Assembly (NCBI GenBank): GCA_964016885.1
Contig: OZ024744.1
Coordinates: 40,362,001 to 40,426,000, forward strand
DNA from: Eledone cirrhosa
Taxonomy: Eukaryota
Reading direction: 5' to 3'
DNA length: 64,000 bases
In this document: positions 42,351 to 56,200 of the stretch, piece after piece
Numbering within the stretch: the stretch's first letter is position 1
Layout of the letters: the number at the start of each line of letters is the position of its first letter
Program-made: the position numbers and the translations under genes
The notes under the pieces: model-generated
Seen by the model: the letters and a program-made list of their open reading frames with translations, nothing else
Database searches by the model: none
Told to the model about the DNA's origin: nothing

Positions 42351-45300
42351 TTCCATCAACCCAGCTTTATTTACAAAGCCTAGCTTGACCCACGGTAATG
42401 GTAGTTTCCATCAACCCAGCTTTATTTACAAAGCCTAGCTTGACTCAAGGTAATGGTAGTTTCTATCACCCCAGCTTTATTTACAATGCCTAGCTTGACC
42501 CAAGGTAATGGTAGTTTCCATCAACCCAGCTTTATTTACAAAGCCTAGCTTGAACCAAGTTAATGGTAGCTTCCATCAACCCAGCTTTATTTACAAAGCC
42601 TAGCTTGACTCAAGGTAATGGTAGTTTCCATCAACCCAGCTTTACTTACAAAGCCTAGCTTGACCCGATGTAATGGTAGTTTCCATCAACCCAGCTTTAT
42701 TTACAAAGCCTAGCTTGACCCGAGGTAATGGTAGTTTCCATCAACCCAGGTTTATTTACAAAGCCTAGCATGACCCAAGGTAATGGTAGTTTCCATCAAC
42801 CCAGCTTTATTTACAAAGCCTAGCTTGACTCAAGGTAATGGTAGTTTCTATCACCCCAGCTTTATTTACAATGCCTAGCATGACCCAAGGTAATGGTTGT
42901 TTCCATCAACCCAGCTTTATTTACAAAGCCTTGCTTGACCCAAGGTAATGGTATTTTCCATCAACCCAGCTTTATTTACAAAGAAAAGCTTGAACCAAGG
43001 TAATGGCAGTTTCCATCAACGCAGCTTTATTTACAAAGCCTAGCTTGACCCAAGGTAATGGTAGTTTCCATCAACCCAGCTTTATTTACAAAGCCTAGCT
43101 TGACCCAAGGTAATGGTAGTTTCCATCAACCCAGCTTTATTTACAAAGCCTAGCTTGAACCAAGGTAATGGTAGTTTCCATCAACCCAGCTTTATTTACA
43201 AAGCCTTGCTTGACCCAAGGTAATGGTAGTTTCCATCAACGCAGCTTTATTTACAAAGCCTAGCTTGACTCAAGGTAATGGTAGTTTCCATCAACCCAGC
43301 TTTATTTACAAAGCCTAGCTTGACCCAAGGTAATGGTAGTTTCCATCAACCCAGCTTTATTTACAAAGCCTAGCTTGACTCAAGTTAATGGTAGTTTCCA
43401 TCAACCCAGCTTTATTTACAAAGACTAGCTTGACTCAAGGTAATGGTAGTTTCAATCAACCCAGCTTTATTTACAAAGCCTTGCTTGACCCAAGGTAATG
43501 GTAGTTTCCATCAACCCAGCTTTATTTACAAAGCCTAGCTTGACACAAGGTAATGGTAGTTTCCATCAACCCAGCTTTATTTACAAAGCCTATCTTGACT
43601 CAAGGTAATGGTAGTTTCCATCAACCCAGCTTTATTTACAAAGCCTAGCTTGACTCAAGGTAATGGTAGTTTCCATCAGCCCAGCTTTATTTACAAAGTC
43701 TAGCTTGACCCAAGATAATGGTAGTTTCCATCAACCCTGCTTTATTTGTAAAGCCCTGCTTGACTCAAGGTAATGGTAGTTTCCATCAACCCAGCTTTAT
43801 TTACAAAGCCTAGCTTGACTCAAGGTAATGGTATTTTCCTTCAACCAAGCTTTATTTACAAAGTCTAGCTTGTCTCAAGGTAATGGTAGTTTCCATCAAC
43901 CCAGCTTTATTTACAAAGCCTAGCTTGACCCAAGGTAATGGTAGTTTCCATCAACCCAGCTTTATTTACAAAGCCTATCTTGACTCAAGGTAATGGTAGT
44001 TTCCATCAACCCAGCTTTATTTACAAAGCCTAGCTTGACTCACGGTAATGGTAGTTTCCATCAGCCCAGCTTTATTTACAAAGTCTAGCTTGTCTCAAGG
44101 TAATGGTAGTTTCCATCAACCCAGCTTTATTTACAAAGCCTAGCTTGACTCAAGGTAATGGTAGTTTCCATCAGCCCAGCTTTATTTACAAAGTCTAGCT
44201 TGTCTCAAGGTAATGGTAGTTTCCATCAACCCAGCTTTATTTACAATGCCTAGCTTGACCCAAGGTAATAGTAATTTCCATCAACCAAGTTTTATTTACA
44301 AAGCCTAGCTTGACTCAAGGTAAGGGTAGGTTCCATCAACCCAGCTTTATTTACAAAGCCTAGCTTGACTCAAGGTAATGGTAGTTTCCATCAACCCAGC
44401 TTTATTTACAATGCCTAGCTTGAATCAAGGTAATGGTAGTTTCCATCAACCCAGCTTTATTTACAAAGCCTAGCTTGACCGAAGGTAATGGTAGTTTCCA
44501 TCAACCCAGCATTATTTACAAAGCCTAGCTTGACTCAAGGTAATGGTAGTTTCCATCAACCCAGCATTATTTACAAAGCCTAGCTTGACTCAAGGTAATC
44601 GTAGTTTCCATCAACCTAGCTTTATTTACAAAGCCTAGCTTGAATCAAGGTAATGGTAGTTTCCATCAACCCAGCTTTATTTACAATGCCTAGCTTGAAT
44701 CAAGGTAATGGTAGTTTCCATCAACCCAGCTTTATTTACAAAGCCTAGCTTGACCCAAGGTAATGGTAGTTTCCATCAACCCAGCTTTATTTACAAAGAC
44801 TAGCTTGACCCAAGGTAATGGTAGTTTCCATCAAACCATCTTTATTTACAAAGCCTAGCTTGACCCAAGGTAATGGTAGTTTCCATCAACCCAGCTTTAT
44901 TTACAAAGCCTAGCTTGACCCAAGGTAATGGTAGTTTCCATCAACCCAGCTTTATTTACAAAGCCTAGCTTGACCCAAGGTAATGATAGTTTCTATCAAC
45001 CCAGCTTTATTTACAAAGCCTAGCTTGACCCAAGGTAATGGTAGTTTCCATCAACCCAGGTTTATTTACAAAGCCTAGCTTGTCTCAAAGTAGTGGTAGT
45101 TTCCATCAACCCAGCTTTATTTACAATGCCTAGCTTGACTCAAGGTAATGGTAGTTTCTATCACCCCAGCTTTATTTACAAAGCCTAGCTTGACTCAAGG
45201 TAATGGTAGTTTCTATCACCCCAGCTTTATTTACAAAGCCTAGCTTGACTCAAGGTAATGGTAGTTTCTATCACCCCAGCTTTATTTACAATGCCTCGCA

Positions 45301-48300
45301 TGACCCAAGGTAATGGTAATTTCCATCAACCCAGCTTTATTTACAAAGCCTAGCTTGACCCACGGTAATGGTAGTTTCCTTCAACCCAGCTTTATTTACA
45401 AAGCCTAGCTTGACCCAAGGTAATGGTAGTTTCCATCAACCCAGCTTTATTTACAAAGCCTAGCTTGACCCACGGTAATGGTAGTTTCCATCAACCCAGC
45501 TTTATTTACAAAGCCTAGCTTGACTCAAGGTAATGGTAGTTTCTATCACCCCAGCTTTATTTACAATGCCTAGCTTGACCCAAGGTAATGGTAGTTTCCA
45601 TCAACCCAGCTTTATTTACAAAGCCTAGCTTGAACCAAGTTAATGGTAGCTACCATCAACCCAGCTTTATTTACAAAGCCTAGCTTGACTCAAGGTAATG
45701 GTAGTTTCCATCAACCCAGCTTTACTTACAAAGCCTAGCTTGACCCGATGTAATGGTAGTTTCCATCAACCCAGCTTTATTTACAAAGCCTAGCTTGACC
45801 CGAGGTAATGGTAGTTTCCATCAACCCAGGTTTATTTACAAAGCCTAGCATGACCCAAGGTAATGGTAGTTTCCATCAACCCAGCTTTATTTACAAAGCC
45901 TAGCTTGACTCAAGGTAATGGTAGTTTCTATCACCCCAGCTTTATTTACAATGCCTAGCATGACCCAAGGTAATGGTAGTTTCCATCAACCCAGCTTTAT
46001 TTACAAAGCCTTGCTTGACCCAAGGTAATGGTATTTTCCATCAACCCAGCTTTATTTACAAAGAAAAGCTTGAACCAAGGTAATGGCAGTTTCCATCAAC
46101 GCAGCTTTATTTACAAAGCCTAGCTTGACCCAAGGTAATGGTAGTTTCCATCAACCCAGCTTTATTTACAAAGCCTAGCTTGACCCAAGGTAATGGTAGT
46201 TTCCATCAACCCAGCTTTATTTACAAAGCCTAGCTTGAACCAAGGTAATGGTAGTTTCCATCAACCCAGCTTTATTTACAAAGCCTTGCTTGACCCAAGG
46301 TAATGGTAGTTTCCATCAACGCAGCTTTATTTACAAAGCCTAGCTTGACTCAAGGTAATGGTAGTTTCCATCAACCCAGCTTTATTTACAAAGCCTAGCT
46401 TGACCCAAGGTAATGGTAGTTTCCATCAACCCAGCTTTATTTACAAAGCCTAGCTTGACTCAAGTTAATGGTAGTTTCCATCAACCCAGCTTTATTTACA
46501 AAGACTAGCTTGACTCAAGGTAATGGTAGTTTCAATCAACCCAGCTTTATTTACAAAGCCTTGCTTGACCCAAGGTAATGGTAGTTTCCATCAACCCAGC
46601 TTTATTTACAAAGCCTAGCTTGACACAAGGTAATGGTAGTTTCCATCAACCCAGCTTTATTTACAAAGCCTATCTTGACTCAAGGTAATGGTAGTTTCCA
46701 TCAACCCAGCTTTATTTACAAAGCCTAGCTTGACTCAAGGTAATGGTAGTTTCCATCAGCCCAGCTTTATTTACAAAGTCTAGCTTGACGCAAGATAATG
46801 GTAGTTTCCATCAACCCTGCTTTATTTGTAAAGCCCTGCTTGACTCAAGGTAATGGTAGTTTCCATCAACCCAGCTTTATTTACAAAGCCTAGCTTGACT
46901 CAAGGTAATGGTATTTTCCTTCAACCAAGCTTTATTTACAAAGTCTAGCTTGTCTCAAGGTAATGGTAGTTTCCATCAACCCAGCTTTATTTACAAAGCC
47001 TAGCTTGACCCAAGGTAATGGTAGTTTCCATCAACCCAGCTTTATTTACAAAGCCTATCTTGACTCAAGGTAATGGTAGTTTCCATCAACCCAGCTTTAT
47101 TTACAAAGCCTAGCTTGACTCACGGTAATGGTAGTTTCCATCAGCCCAGCTTTATTTACAAAGTCTAGCTTGTCTCAAGGTAATGGTAGTTTCCATCAAC
47201 CCAGCTTTATTTACAAAGCCTAGCTTGACTCAAGGTAATGGTAGTTTCCATCAGCCCAGCTTTATTTACAAAGTCTAGCTTGTCTCAAGGTAATGGTAGT
47301 TTCCATCAACCCAGCTTTATTTACAATGCCTAGCTTGACCCAAGGTAATAGTAATTTCCATCAACCAAGTTTTATTTACAAAGCCTAGATTGACTCAAGG
47401 TAAGGGTAGGTTCCATCAACCCAGCTTTATTTACAAAGCCTAGCTTGACTCAAGGTAATGGTAGTTTCCATCAACCCAGCTTTATTTACAATGCCTAGCT
47501 TGAATCAAGGTAATGGTAGTTTCCATCAACCCAGCTTTATTTACAAAGCCTAGCTTCACCGAAGGTAATGGTAGTTTCCATCAACCCAGCATTATTTACA
47601 AAGCCTAGCTTGACTCAAGGTAATGGTAGTTTCCATCAACCCAGCATTATTTACAAAGCCTAGCTTGACTCAAGGTAATCGTAGTTTCCATCAACCTAGC
47701 TTTATTTACAAAGCCTAGCTTGAATCAAGGTAATGGTAGTTTCCATCAACCCAGCTTTATTTACAATGCCTAGCTTGAATCAAGGTAATGGTAGTTTCCA
47801 TCAACCCAGCTTTATTTACAAAGCCTAGCTTGACCCAAGGTAATGGTAGTTTCCATCAACCCAGCTTTATTTACAAAGACTAGCTTGACCCAAGGTAATG
47901 GTAGTTTCCATCAAACCATCTTTATTTACAAAGCCTAGCTTGACCCAAGGTAATGGTAGTTTCCATCAACCCAGCTTTATTTACAAAGCCTAGCTTGACC
48001 CAAGGTAATGGTAGTTTCCATCAACCCAGCTTTATTTACAAAGCCTAGCTTGACCCAAGGTAATGATAGTTTCTATCAACCCAGCTTTATTTACAAAGCC
48101 TAGCTTGACCCAAGGTAATGGTAGTTTCCATCAACCCAGGTTTATTTACAAAGCCTAGCTTGTCTCAAAGTAGTGGTAGTTTCCATCAACCCAGCTTTAT
48201 TTACAATGCCTAGCTTGACTCAAGGTAATGGTAGTTTCTATCACCCCAGCTTTATTTACAAAGCCTAGCTTGACTCAAGGTAATGGTAGTTTCTATCACC

Positions 48301-48494
48301 CCAGCTTTATTTACAAAGCCTAGCTTGACTCAAGGTAATGGTAGTTTCTATCACCCCAGCTTTATTTACAATGCCTCGCATGACCCAAGGTAATGGTAAT
48401 TTCCATCAACCCAGCTTTATTTACAAAGCCTAGCTTGACCCACGGTAATGGTAGTTTCCTTCAACCCAGCTTTATTTACAAAGCCTAGCTTGAC
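42351..48494. repeat. Tandem duplication of a 56-monomer (3080-bp) unit
   Basis: TAATGGCAGT 43001/46081, TCAAACCATC 44831/47911 and ATGCCTCGCA 45291/48371; a handful of single-base differences between copies. Confidence 0.92.
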
Positions 48495-49830
48495 TCAAGG
48501 TAATGGTAGTTTCTATCACCCCAGCTTTATTTACAATGCCTAGCATGACCCAAGGTAATGGTAATTTCCATCAACCCAGCTTTATTTACAAAGCCTAGCT
48601 TGACCCAAGGTAATGGTAGTTTCCATCAACCCAGCTTTATTTACAAAGCCTAGCTTGAACCAAGTTAATGATAGTTTCCATCAACCCAGCTTTATTTACA
48701 AAGCCTACCTTGACTCAAGGTAATGGTAGTTTCCATCAACCCAGCTTTACTTACAAAGCCTAGCTTGACCCGATGTAATGGTAGTTTCCATCAACCCAGC
48801 TTTATTTACAAAGCCTAGCTTGACCCGAGGTAATGGTAGTTTCCATCAACCCAGGTTTATTTACAAAGCCTATCATGACCCAAGGTAATGGTAATTTCCA
48901 TCAACCCAGCTTTATTTACAAAGCCTAGCTTGACCCAAGGTAATGGTAGTTTCTATCACCCCAGCTTTATTTACAATGCCTAGCTTGACCCAAGGTAATG
49001 GTAGTTTCCATCAACGCAGCTTTATTTAAAAAGCCTAGCTTGACTCAAGGTAATGGTAGTTTCCATCAACCCAGGTTTATTTACAAAGCCTAGCATGACC
49101 CAAGGTAATGGTAGTTTCCATCAACGCAGCTTTATTTAAAAAGCCTAGCTTGACTCAAGGTAATGGTAGTTTCTATCACCCCAGCTTTATTTACAATGCC
49201 TAGCTTGACCCAAGGTAATGGTAGTTTCCATCAACCCAGCTTTATTTACATAGCCTAGCATGACCCAAGGTAATGGTAATTTCCATCAACCCAGCTTTAT
49301 TTACAAAGCCTAGCTTGAACCAAGGTAATGGTAGTTTCCATCAACGCAGCTTTATTTACAAAGCCTAGCTTGACTCAAGGTAATGGTAGTTTCCATCAAC
49401 CCAGCTTTATTTACAAAGCCTAGCTTGACCCAAGGTAATGGTAGTTTCCATCAACCCAGCTTTATTTACAAAGCCTAGCTTGACCCAAGGTAATGGTAGT
49501 TTCCATCAACGCAGCTTTATTTACAAAGCCTAGCTTGACCCAAGGTAATGGTAGTTTCCATCAACGCAGCTTTATTTACAAAGCCTAGCTTGACTCAAGG
49601 TAATGGTAGTTAACATCAACCCAGCTTTATTTACAAAGCCTAGCTTGACCCAAGGTAATGGTAGTTTCCATCAACCCAGCTTTATTTGCAAAGCCTAGCT
49701 TGACCCAAGGTAATGGTAGTTTCCATCAACGCAGCTTTATTTACAAAGCCTAGCTTGACCCAAGGTAATGGTAGTTTCCATCAACCCAGCTTTATTTACA
49801 AAGCCTAGCTTGACTCAAGGTAATGGTAAT

Positions 49831-52800
49831 TTCCATCAGCCCAGCTTTATTTACAAAGTCTAGCTTGACCCAAGATAATGGTAGTTTCCATCAACCCTGC
49901 TTTATTTGTAAAGCCCTGCTTGACTCAAGGTAATGGTAGTTTCCATCAACCCAGCTTTATTTACAAAGCCTAGCTTGACTCAAGGTAATGGTATTTTCCT
50001 TCAACCAAGCTTTATTTACAAAGTCTAGCTTGTCTCAAGGTAATGGTAGTTTCCATCAACCCAGCTTTATTTACAAAGCCTAGCTTTACTCAAGGTAATG
50101 GTAGTTTCCATCAGCCTAGCTTTATTTACAAAATCTAGCTTGTCTCAAGGTAATGGTAGTTTCCATCAACCCAGCTTTATTTACAATGCCTAGCTTGACC
50201 CAAGGTAATAGTAATTTCTATCAACCAAGTTTTATTTACAAAGGCTAGCATGACTCAAGGTAAGGGTAGGTTCCATCAACCCAGCTTTATTTACAAAGCC
50301 TAGCTTGACTCAAGGTAATGGTAGTTTCCATCAACCCAGCTTTATTTACAATGCCTAGCTTGAATCAAGGAAATGGTAGTTTCCATCAACCCAGCTTTAT
50401 TTACAAAGCCTAGCTTGACTCAAGGTAATGGTATTTTCCTTCAACCAAGCTTTATTTACAAAGTCTAGCTTGTCTCAAGGTAATGGTAGTTTCCATCAAC
50501 CCAGCTTTATTTACAAAGCCTAGCTTGACCCAAGGTAATGGTAGTTTCCATCAACCCAGCTTTATTTACAAAGCCTAGCTTGACACAAGGTAATGGTAGC
50601 TTCCATCAACCCAGCTTTATTTACAAAGCCTAGCTTGACACAAGGTAATGGTAGTTTCCATCAACCTAGCTTTATTTACAAAGCCTAGCTTGACCCAAGG
50701 TAATGATAGTTTCCATCAACCCAGCTTTATTTACAAAGCCTATCTTGACTCAAGGTAATGGTAGTTTCCATCAACCCAGCTTTATTTACAAAGCCTAGCT
50801 TGACTCACGGTAATGGTAGTTTCCATCAGCCCAGCTTTATTTACAAAGTCTAGCTTGTCTCAAGGTAATGGTAGTTTCCATCAACCCAGCTTTATTTACA
50901 AAGCCTAGCTTGACTCAAGGTAATGGTAGTTTCCATCAACCCATCTTTATTTACAAAGCCTAGCTTGACCCAAGATAATGGTAGTTTCCATCAACCCCGC
51001 TTTATTTACAAAGCCTAGCTTGAACCAAGGTAATGGTAGTTTCCATCAACCCAGCTTTATTTACAAAGCCTAGCTTGACCCAAGGTAATGGTAGTTTCCA
51101 TCAACCCAGGTTTATTTACAAAGCCTAGCTTGACCCAAGGTAATGGTAGTTTCCATCAACCCAGGTTTATTTACAAAGCCTAGCTTGTCTCAAAGTAATG
51201 GTAGTTTCCATCAACCCAGCATTATTTACAAAGCCTAGCTTGACTCAAGGTAATGGTAGTTTCTATCACCCCAGCTTTATTTACAAAGCCTAGCTTGACT
51301 CAAGGTAATGGTAGTTTCTATCACCCCAGCTTTATTTACAATGCCTAGCATGACCCAAGGTAATGGTAATTTCCATCAACCCAGCTTTATTTACAAAGCC
51401 TAGCTTGACCCACGGTAATGGTAGTTTCCTTCAACCCAGCTTTATTTACAAAGCCTAGCTTGACTCAAGGTAATGGTAGTTTCTATCACCCCAGCTTTAT
51501 TTACAATGCCTAGCATGACCCAAGGTAATGGTAATTTCCATCAACCCAGCTTTATGTACAAAGCCTAGCTTGACCCAAGGTAATGGTAGTTTCCATCAAC
51601 CCAGCTTTATTTACAAAGCCTAGCTTGAACCAAGTTAATGTTAGTTTCCATCAACCCAGCTTTATTTACAAAGCCTACCTTGACTCAAGGTAATGGTAGT
51701 TTCCATCAACCCAGCTTTACTTACAAAGCCTAGCTTGACCCGATGTAATGGTAGTTTCCATCAACCCAGGTTTATTTACAAAGCCTAGCATGACCCAAAG
51801 TAATGGTAGTTTCCATCAACCCAGCTTTATTTACAAAGCCTAGCTTGACCCGAGGTAATGGTAGTTTCCATCAACCCAGGTTTATTTACAAAGCCTAGCA
51901 TGACCCAAGGTAATGGTAGTTTCCATCAACCCAGCTTTATTTAAAAAGCCTAGCTTGACTCAAGGTAATCGTAGTTTCTATCACCCCAGCTTTATTTACA
52001 ATGCCTAGCATGACCCAAGGTAATGGTAGTTTCCATCAACCCAGCTTTATTTAAAAAGCCTAGCTTGACTCAAGGTAATGGTAGTTTCTATCACCCCAGC
52101 TTTATTTACAATGCCTAGCATGACTCAAGATAATGGTAGTTTCCATCAACGCAGCTTTATTTACAAAGCCTAGCTTGACCCAAGGTAATGGTAGTTTCCA
52201 TCAACCCAGCTTTATTTACAAAGCCTAGCTTGAACCAAGGTAATGGTAGTTTCCATCAACCCAGCTTTATTTCCAAAGCCTAGCTTGACCCAAGGTAATG
52301 GTAGTTTCCATCAACGCAGCTTTATTTACAAAGCCTAGCTTGACTCAAGGTAATGGTAGTTTCCATCAACCCAGCTTTATTTACAAAGCCTAGCTTGACC
52401 CAAGGTAATGGTAGTTTCCATCAACCCAGCTTTATTTACAAAGCCTAGCTTGACTCAAGTTAATGGTAGTTTCCATCAACCCAGCTTTATTTACAAAGAC
52501 TAGCTTGACTCAAGTTAATGGTAGTTTCAATCAACCCAGCTTTATTTACAAAGCCTTGCTTGACCCAAGGTAATGGTAGTTTCCATCAACCCAGCTTTAT
52601 TTACAAAGCCTAGCTTGACACAAGGTAATGGTAGTTTCCATCAACCCAGCTTTATTTACAAAGCCTATCTTGACTCAAGGTAATGGTAGTTTCCATCAAC
52701 CCAGCTTTATTTACAAAGCCTAGCTTGACTCAAGGTAATGGTAGTTTCCATCAGCCCAGCTTTATTTACAAAGTCTAGCTTGACCCAAGATAATGGTAGT

Positions 52801-53285
52801 TTCCATCAACCCTGCTTTATTTGTAAAGCCCTGCTTGACTCAAGGTAATGGTAGTTTCCATCAACCCAGCTTTATTTACAAAGCCTAGCTTGACTCAAGG
52901 TAATGGTATTTTCCTTCAACCAAGCTTTATTTACAAAGTCTAGCTTGTCTCAAGGTAATGGTAGTTTCCATCAACCCAGCTTTATTTACAAAGCCTAGCT
53001 TTACTCAAGGTAATGGTAGTTTCCATCAGCCTAGCTTTATTTACAAAATCTAGCTTGTCTCAAGGTAATGGTAGTTTCCATCAACCCAGCTTTATTTACA
53101 ATGCCTAGCTTGACCCAAGGTAATAGTAATTTCTATCAACCAAGTTTTATTTACAAAGGCTAGCATGACTCAAGGTAAGGGTAGGTTCCATCAACCCAGC
53201 TTTATTTACAAAGCCTAGCTTGACTCAAGGTAATGGTAGTTTCCATCAACCCAGCTTTATTTACAATGCCTAGCTTGAATCAAGG
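49831..53285. repeat. About 10-monomer block repeated at a 53-monomer (2915-bp) offset (49831-50370 and 52746-53285)
   Basis: TCAACCCTGC 49891/52806 and AAGGCTAGCATG 50241/53156. Confidence 0.85.
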
Positions 53286-56200
53286 TAATGGTAGTTTCCA
53301 TCAACCCAGCTTTATTTACAAAGCCTAGCTTCACCGAAGGTGATGGTAGTTTCCATCAACCCAGCATTATTTACAAAGCCTAGCTTGACTCAAGATAATC
53401 GTAGTTTCCATCAACCCAGCTTTATTTACAAAGCCTAGCTTGACCCAAGGTAATGGTAGTTTCCATCAACCCAGCTTTATTTACAAAGACTAGCTTGACC
53501 CAAGGTAATGGTAGTTTCCATCAACCTAGCTTTATTTACAAAGCCTAGCTTCACTGAAGGTAATGGTAGTTTCCATCAACCCAGCATTATTTACAAAGCC
53601 TAGCTTGACTCAAGGTAATGGTAGTTTCCATCAACCCAGCTTTATTTACAAAGCCTAGCTTGACCCATGGTAATGGTAGTTTCCATGAACCCAGCTTTAT
53701 TTACAAAGCCTAGCTTGACCCGAGGTAATGGTAGTTTCCATCAACCCAGCTTTATTTACAAACCTAGCTTGACCCGAGGAAATGGTAGTTTCCATCAACC
53801 CAGCTTTATTTACAAAGCCTAGCTTGACTCAAGTTAATGGTAGTTTCCATCAACCCAGCTTTATTTACAAAGCCTAGCTTGGCCCAAGGTAATGGTAGTT
53901 TCCATCAACCCAGCTTTATTTACAAAGCCTAGCTTGACTCAAGGTAATGGTAGTTTCCATCAACCCAGCTTTATTTACAAAGCCTAGCTTGACCCGAAGA
54001 AATGGTAGTTTCCATCAACCCAGCTTTATTTACAAAGCCTAGCTTGACTCAAGTTAATGGTAGTTTCCATCAACCCAGCTTTATTTACAAAGCCTAGCTT
54101 GGCCCAAGGTAATGGTAGTTTCCATCAACCCAGCTTTATTTACAAAGCCTAGCATGACCCAAGTTAATGGTAGTTTACATCAACCCAGCTCTATTTACAA
54201 AGCCTAGCTTGACTCAAGGTAATGGTAGCTTCCATCAACCCAGCTTTATTTACAATGCCTAGCTTGACCCAAGGTAATGGTAGTTTCCATCAATCCAGCG
54301 TTATTTACAAAGCCTAGCTTGACCCAAGGTAATGGTAGTTTCCATCAACTGAGCTTTATTTAAAAAGCCTAGCCTGACTCAAGGTAATGATAGTTTCCAT
54401 CAACACAGCTTTATTTACAAAGCCTAGCTTGACCCAAGATAATGGTAGTTTCCATCAACCCAGCTTTATTTGCAAAGCCCTGCTTGACTCAATGTAATGG
54501 TAGTTTCCATCAACCCAACTTTATTTACAAATCCTAGCTTGACTCAAGGTAATGGTAGTTTCCATCAACCCAGCTTTATTTACAAAGTCTAGCTTGTCTC
54601 AAGGTAATGGTAGTTTCCATCAACCCAGCTTTATTTACAAAGCCTAGCTTGACACAAGGTAATGGTAGTTTCCATCAGCCCAGCTTTATTTACAAAGCCT
54701 AGCTTGACCCAAGGTAATGGTAGTTTCCATCAACCCAGCTTTATTCACAAAGCCTAGCTTGACCCCAGGTAATGGTAGTTTCCATCAACCCAGCTTTATT
54801 TACAAAGCCTAGCTTCACTGAAGGTAATGGTAGTTTCCATCAACCCAGCATTATTTACAAAGCCTAGCTTGACTCAAGGTAATGGTAGTTTCCATCAACC
54901 CAGCTTTATTTACAAAGCCTAGCTTGACTCAAGGTAATGGTAGTTTCCATCAACCCAGCTTTATTTACAAACCTAGCTTGATCAAAGGTAATGGTAGTTT
55001 CCATCAATCCAGCTTTATTTACAAAGCCTAGCTTGACACAAGGTAATGGTAGTTTCCATCAACCCAGCTTTATTTACAAAGCCTAGCTTGACTCAAGTTA
55101 ATGGTAGTTTCCATCAACCCAGCTTTATTTACAAAGCCTAGCTTGACCCAAGGTAATGGTAGTTTCCATCAACCCAGCTTTATTTACAAAGCCTAGCTTG
55201 ACCCAAGGTAATGGTAGTTTCCATCAACCCAGCTTTATTTACAAAGCCTAGCTTGACTCAAGATAATGGTAGTTTCCATCAACCGAGCTTTATTTACAAA
55301 GCCTAGCTTGACTCAAGGTAATGGTAGTTTCCATCAACCCAGCTTTATTTACAAAGCCTAGCTTGACTCAAGGTAATGGTAGTTTCCATCAACCCAGCTT
55401 TATTTACAAAGCCTAGCTTGTCTCAAGGTAATGGTAGTTTCCATCAACCCAGCTTTATTTACAAAGTCTAGCTTGACTCAAGGTAATGGTAGTTTCCATC
55501 AACCAAGTTTTATTTACAATGTCTAGCTTGACTCAAGGTAATGGTAGTTTCCATCAACCCAGCTTTATTTACAAAGCCTAGCTTAATTCAAGGTAATGGT
55601 AGTTTCCATCAACCCAGCTTTATTTACAATGCCTAGCTTGTCTCAAGATAATGGTAGTTTCCATCAACCCAGCTTTATTTACAAAGCCTAGCTTGACTCA
55701 AGGTAATGGTAGTTTCCATCAACCCAGCTTTATTTACAAAGCCTAGCTTGACTCAAGGTAATGGTAGTTTCCATCAACCCAGCTTTATTTAAAAAGCCTA
55801 GCTTGATTCAAGGTAATGGTAGTTTCCATAAACCAAGTTTTATTTACAATGTCTAGCTTGACTCAAGGTAATGGTAGTTTCCATCAACCCAGCTTTATTT
55901 ACAAAGCCTAGCTTAATTCAAGGTAATGGTAGTTTCCATCAACCCAGCTTTATTTACAATGCCTAGCTTGACTCAAGATAATGGTAGTTTCCATCAACCC
56001 AGCTTTATTTACAAAGCCTAGCTTGACTCAAGGTAATGGTAGTTTCCATCAACCCAGCTTTATTTACAAAGCCTAGCTTGACTCAAGGTAATGGTAGTTT
56101 CCATCAACCCAGCTTTATTTAAAAAGCCTAGCTTGACTCAAGGTAATGGTAGTTTCCATAAACCAAGTTTTACTTACAATGTCTAGCTTGACTCAAGGTA

